This document shows positions 8,770-12,012 of a DNA stretch of 12,012 nucleotides, one piece after another. Each line of letters opens with the position of its first letter. The stretch's first letter is position 1. The notes below the pieces were generated by a model. The model made no database searches. It was not told where the DNA came from and saw nothing but the letters and a program-made list of their open reading frames with translations. The translations under genes and the position numbers were made by a program. Source of the stretch: Tubiluchus corallicola (Eukaryota; Animalia; Priapulida); the NCBI GenBank assembly GCA_030141605.1, contig JAQGDQ010000107.1:356671-368682 (forward strand), in the 5' to 3' direction.

Positions 8770-8898
8770 GGGCATGACCGAGTAGTGGTCATGACGCTTC
8801 GCCTTGTAAGTAAGAGAGATTCCTGGTTCAAATGCAAGTTTGTATCCCAACTTTTTCACATATCCTTTCTTGCGGGAGAGCTTGGTTTCAAAATGAAT
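8770..8898 (+). pseudogene. tRNA-derived element or tRNA pseudogene, copy 2 (inverted relative to copy 1)
   Basis: GGGCATGACCGAGTAGTGGTCATGACGCTTCGC-CTTGTAA-GTAAG..CCTGGTTCAAAT..TTTGTATCCC followed by T5 (8852-8856). Downstream TTTCTTGCGGGAGAGCTTGGTTTCAAAATGAAT matches the reverse complement of 7981-8013. Confidence 0.65.
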
Positions 8899-9439
8899 CA
8901 ATTGCACATTTATCCCATCACTTAGGCGTTGTTTTCTATAATTTCCTACTATATTTTACTCATTTCATTGTGGGCCTCCGCATTCCATTGTTTTCATGAA
9001 CCAAAACACATGCAAACAGAAATGCAATGTGTTCTTATATTTGCTTGCTTCACACAACTTTGGGAGGCTACCTCAATTAGTTAATGATAACAATAATTTG
9101 TATACAATTGTACACAACGTTACACTGTTTTACTTCACCACTTGTATACAAAGTTACGTTGTTTTACTTACGTCGAATCTCGTACATTCGTGTTCTCATA
9201 TTTGGAAGCAATCGTACAAAATCTGTAATAACTGCCAAAGTTATTATTAGAATTCGTGTAAAATACAAATCTGCTTAGAAAAGGTAGCCACAGCGTGAAA
9301 ATGTTAAGACGTTTCCTGGAGAGAAAAAAACCGCTCAAACGATATGCATAATTAAGTCATAAATCATTATAACCAGCAGCGCTGCAGCTGCCACCTAGTT
9401 ATAAGTTTGCGCCGCTACATATAAAACTCACTGCAAACG

Positions 9440-9484
9440 TTTATAGGACACGTAACCTATCAATAAAATGATATAATTATTCTC
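9440..9484 (+). repeat. 45-bp partial copy of the 9725 repeat end
   Basis: TTTATAGGACACGTAACCTATCAATAAAATGATATAATTATTCTC matches 9725-9769 with 2 mismatches. Confidence 0.85.
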
Positions 9485-9724
9485 ACAACGCGGTTAGTTT
9501 TATACTTTGTCTCAGGTCTCTTATGCGACAGCAGATAGAGAGATAATAATTGCATTTAAACAGCAAATGCATTTAAAAAAAGCTCACTGTAACAGAGGAG
9601 AAACCACAATGTAGAGGTTGTGGCATTTTTATATTTTTTCCGCATATATATATATAACGTTATATTTATGAGTATGAGTATGACTAACCAAGAGAACTAA
9701 TATGAAAGCCTATACATATATTTA

Positions 9725-9773
9725 TTTATAGGAAACGTGACCTATCAATAAAATGATATAATTATTCTCTCTC

Positions 9774-9844
<71 letters not shown>

Positions 9845-9905
9845 TCTATATGTAATATATATAATATCTAATTAGTTTCGTAGGGGCAACAAAACTTATA
9901 TATAT
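9725..9905 (+). repeat. Left arm of a long inverted repeat, containing (CT)n and (AT)n microsatellites
   Basis: CAATAAAATGATATAATTATTCTC-(CT)n(AT)n-TAAATCTATATGTAATATATATAATATCTAATTAGTTTCGTAGGGGCAACAAAACTTATAT is the near reverse complement of 11762-11895. Confidence 0.85.
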
Positions 9906-10511
9906 ATATGTAGAGCATCTCATTATATTTCATGACATTAAAATAAATATATTTAAACGCGAAATGCTTGAAACGTTTTTTAGACAAATTTAGTTGATCA
10001 TTAATAGTAAAATATTTGGTTAAAGTCTGTTTATTCTTGTGGTTAATGCTGCTTGCTGATTATTGTTGTTTATTGTGCGGCGTGTGAGGTAGCCACGATG
10101 GGCATAGCAAACTATAGCCGGTCGAACATCAGCTGGTCACGTGATGCCACACCTAACTAGGCTTCTATCCACGACGATAGTTTAATCTTGCATCGTCAAG
10201 CATTTAATCTTGAATTATTAATTTAATAATTTAATCACCAATTTAATCAATATCATTATTTAACACAGCTTTGCTTTAGCTTAATCGATTCCTTCTTCCC
10301 TTTATCGTCTGAGTCTGACAGCTTTGCGTCGGTCTCAACTTGATTAAAATAAGAAAAATAATGACTGTAACGTCGTTATGAATTTGTAAATCATCTGTTG
10401 GAATGTACGATCGAACTTTCACGTGATTACATTTATGACGTTCCAAAATATGCAGCTTCCCGTCTTTGCAACTGCACAATGTATCATAACATATTCTGGA
10501 CTATATTAAAT

Positions 10512-10791
10512 AAATCAAATCAAATCAGATCAGATCAGATCAAATCAAATCAAATCAAATCAAATCAAATCAAATCAAATCAAATCAAATCAAATCAAAT
10601 CAAATCAAATCAAATCAAATCAAATCAAATCAAATCAAATCAAATCAAATCAAATCAAATCAAATCAAATCAAATCAAATCAAATCAAATCAAATCAAAT
10701 CAAATCAAATCAAATCAAATCAAATCAAATCAAATCAAATCAAATCAAATCAAATCAAATCAAATCAAATCAAATCAAATCAAATCAAATC
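10512..10791. repeat. (AAATC)n pentanucleotide microsatellite, about 56 units
   Basis: 280 bp of CAAAT repeats with three CAGAT variants at 10526-10540. Confidence 0.98.
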
Positions 10792-11043
10792 ATTTGTTTT
10801 TCATCCCAAAAACAATACAAAGAAAAATAGATATAAATAAAAAAAGCCAAACAAATGGGAAGGGATGGCGAAAAACATTAGTTATCAAATCAGCCGCCAC
10901 AAACCGAGTATTAAATCAGTATTATGCATTGCTGTAATTACATATTAATACATAAAACATAAAATACATTCTATACATAAAATTTTCTTATTTTTAACTA
11001 AGAAAACGGAAATAAAATTACCAGAAACCAACAAAATTGTTAC

Positions 11044-11295
11044 TATAGGTTTTACACGTCAAATGTAGACCTACGTTAAGTCAAATGTAGATTTAGGTAA
11101 TTCAAATGTGTCTTGGTAACTCAAATGTAGCGTTTGGTAGTTCAAATGTGTTAACAATGGTTTTCAACAAATCTTAAGCGTTTTCGGTAAGTCAAATGTA
11201 GACACATGTCAAGTCAAATGTCCTATGTCTACATTTGACTTACCTAAGTCACATTTGAACTTTCCCGTGTCTACATTTGACGTGTAAAACCTATA
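11044..11295. mobile_element. MITE with perfect 27-bp terminal inverted repeats (including flanking TA) and 10 internal TCAAATGT motifs
   Basis: TATAGGTTTTACACGTCAAATGTAGAC (11044-11070) and GTCTACATTTGACGTGTAAAACCTATA (11269-11295) are exact reverse complements. No coding capacity. Confidence 0.88.
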
Positions 11296-11761
11296 TAATA
11301 TTGACTTAAATATTAATATTTCATTTCAACTTGAAATAACAATATGAAAATATAACTGTTTATGATATCATGCAAATCATGTTACAGATCACTACAGAGC
11401 CGCGTTATATAAAACTGTGTTTGAAGAGAATTCATCGCAAATTGCAAGGTAGAAAAATCTAACGAATTATAGGCTAATTAAGTATCAACTGACGATGGAA
11501 TGCTGTCATTATTCTTGTTTAAATTTTACTGATAGCAACTTGTGCAAACATCCCACTCGCTAGTAATTAGATACGTAATAGTTAAATATGCAACCAAGCA
11601 GGAAGATCTGCCTCTCATCGTTCTGTTATTTGGGGCGGGTGGCTACTTGTCTGCTGTAGCCTATAGGCTTCACCGCATCACTGCCAGAACATGTCACAAG
11701 TGTGGACGTAGGGGTGGCGGCAAAAAATACTTATGTATAAATAAACTTATAAGTAATATAA

Positions 11762-11893
11762 ATATATAAGTTTTCGTTGCCTCTACGAAACTAATTACAT
11801 ATTATATATATTACATATAGATTTAATATATATATATATATTATATATATATAGAGAATAATTATATCATTTTATTGTTGTTTTACGTGTCTA

Positions 11894-11895
<2 letters not shown>
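11762..11895 (-). repeat. Right arm of the long inverted repeat (pairs with 9725-9905)
   Basis: TATAAGTTTTCGTTGCCTCTACGAAACTAATTACATATTATATATATTACATATAGATTTAA-(TA)n-GAGAATAATTATATCATTTTATTG..ACGTGTCTATA. Confidence 0.85.

Positions 11896-12012
<117 letters not shown>

Noticed and set aside
8016-8848. Functional tRNA-Thr(TGT) genes
   Set aside because: Copy 1 lacks the D-loop GG and has acceptor mismatches; copy 2 has disrupted D, anticodon and T stems. Both are treated as tRNA-derived repeats.
9516-9614. Candidate next exon after tactttgtctcag
   Set aside because: The phase-0 frame (VSYATADREII...) hits a TAG and has no Roc G4 motif.
10136-10427. Two TCACGTGA E-box/CLEAR-like palindromes
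   Set aside because: They are isolated 8-mers in repeat-rich intron with no support for a regulatory role.
10398-10937. 179-aa ORF with (SNQIK)n
   Set aside because: It is open only because (AAATC)n has no stop codons on this strand; it is not a repeat protein.

Overview
AT-rich eukaryotic genomic DNA, most likely from an invertebrate animal (inference from the repeat landscape). The core feature is the middle of a spliced + strand gene. Three phase-compatible exons (3067-3986, 5551-5696, 7665-7858; 1260 nt, 420 codons) join a cysteine-containing (FBXL/AMN1-type) LRR array directly to a Roc (Ras of complex proteins) GTPase domain, so this is a Roco-family protein with an atypical LRR class. 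The ORF track misses the P-loop exon completely. Neither the gene's start nor its next downstream exon is recognisable in the window. The rest is intronic or flanking repeat DNA: a homogeneous 172-bp satellite (about 11 copies, 1-1931), a tRNA-derived SINE, three 5'-truncated LINE ends, a hAT-like element with a LINE nested inside it, an inverted pair of tRNA-like elements, a MITE with 27-bp perfect TIRs and 10 internal motifs, a further long inverted repeat pair, and several mini- and microsatellites. There is no prokaryotic system or CRISPR array.
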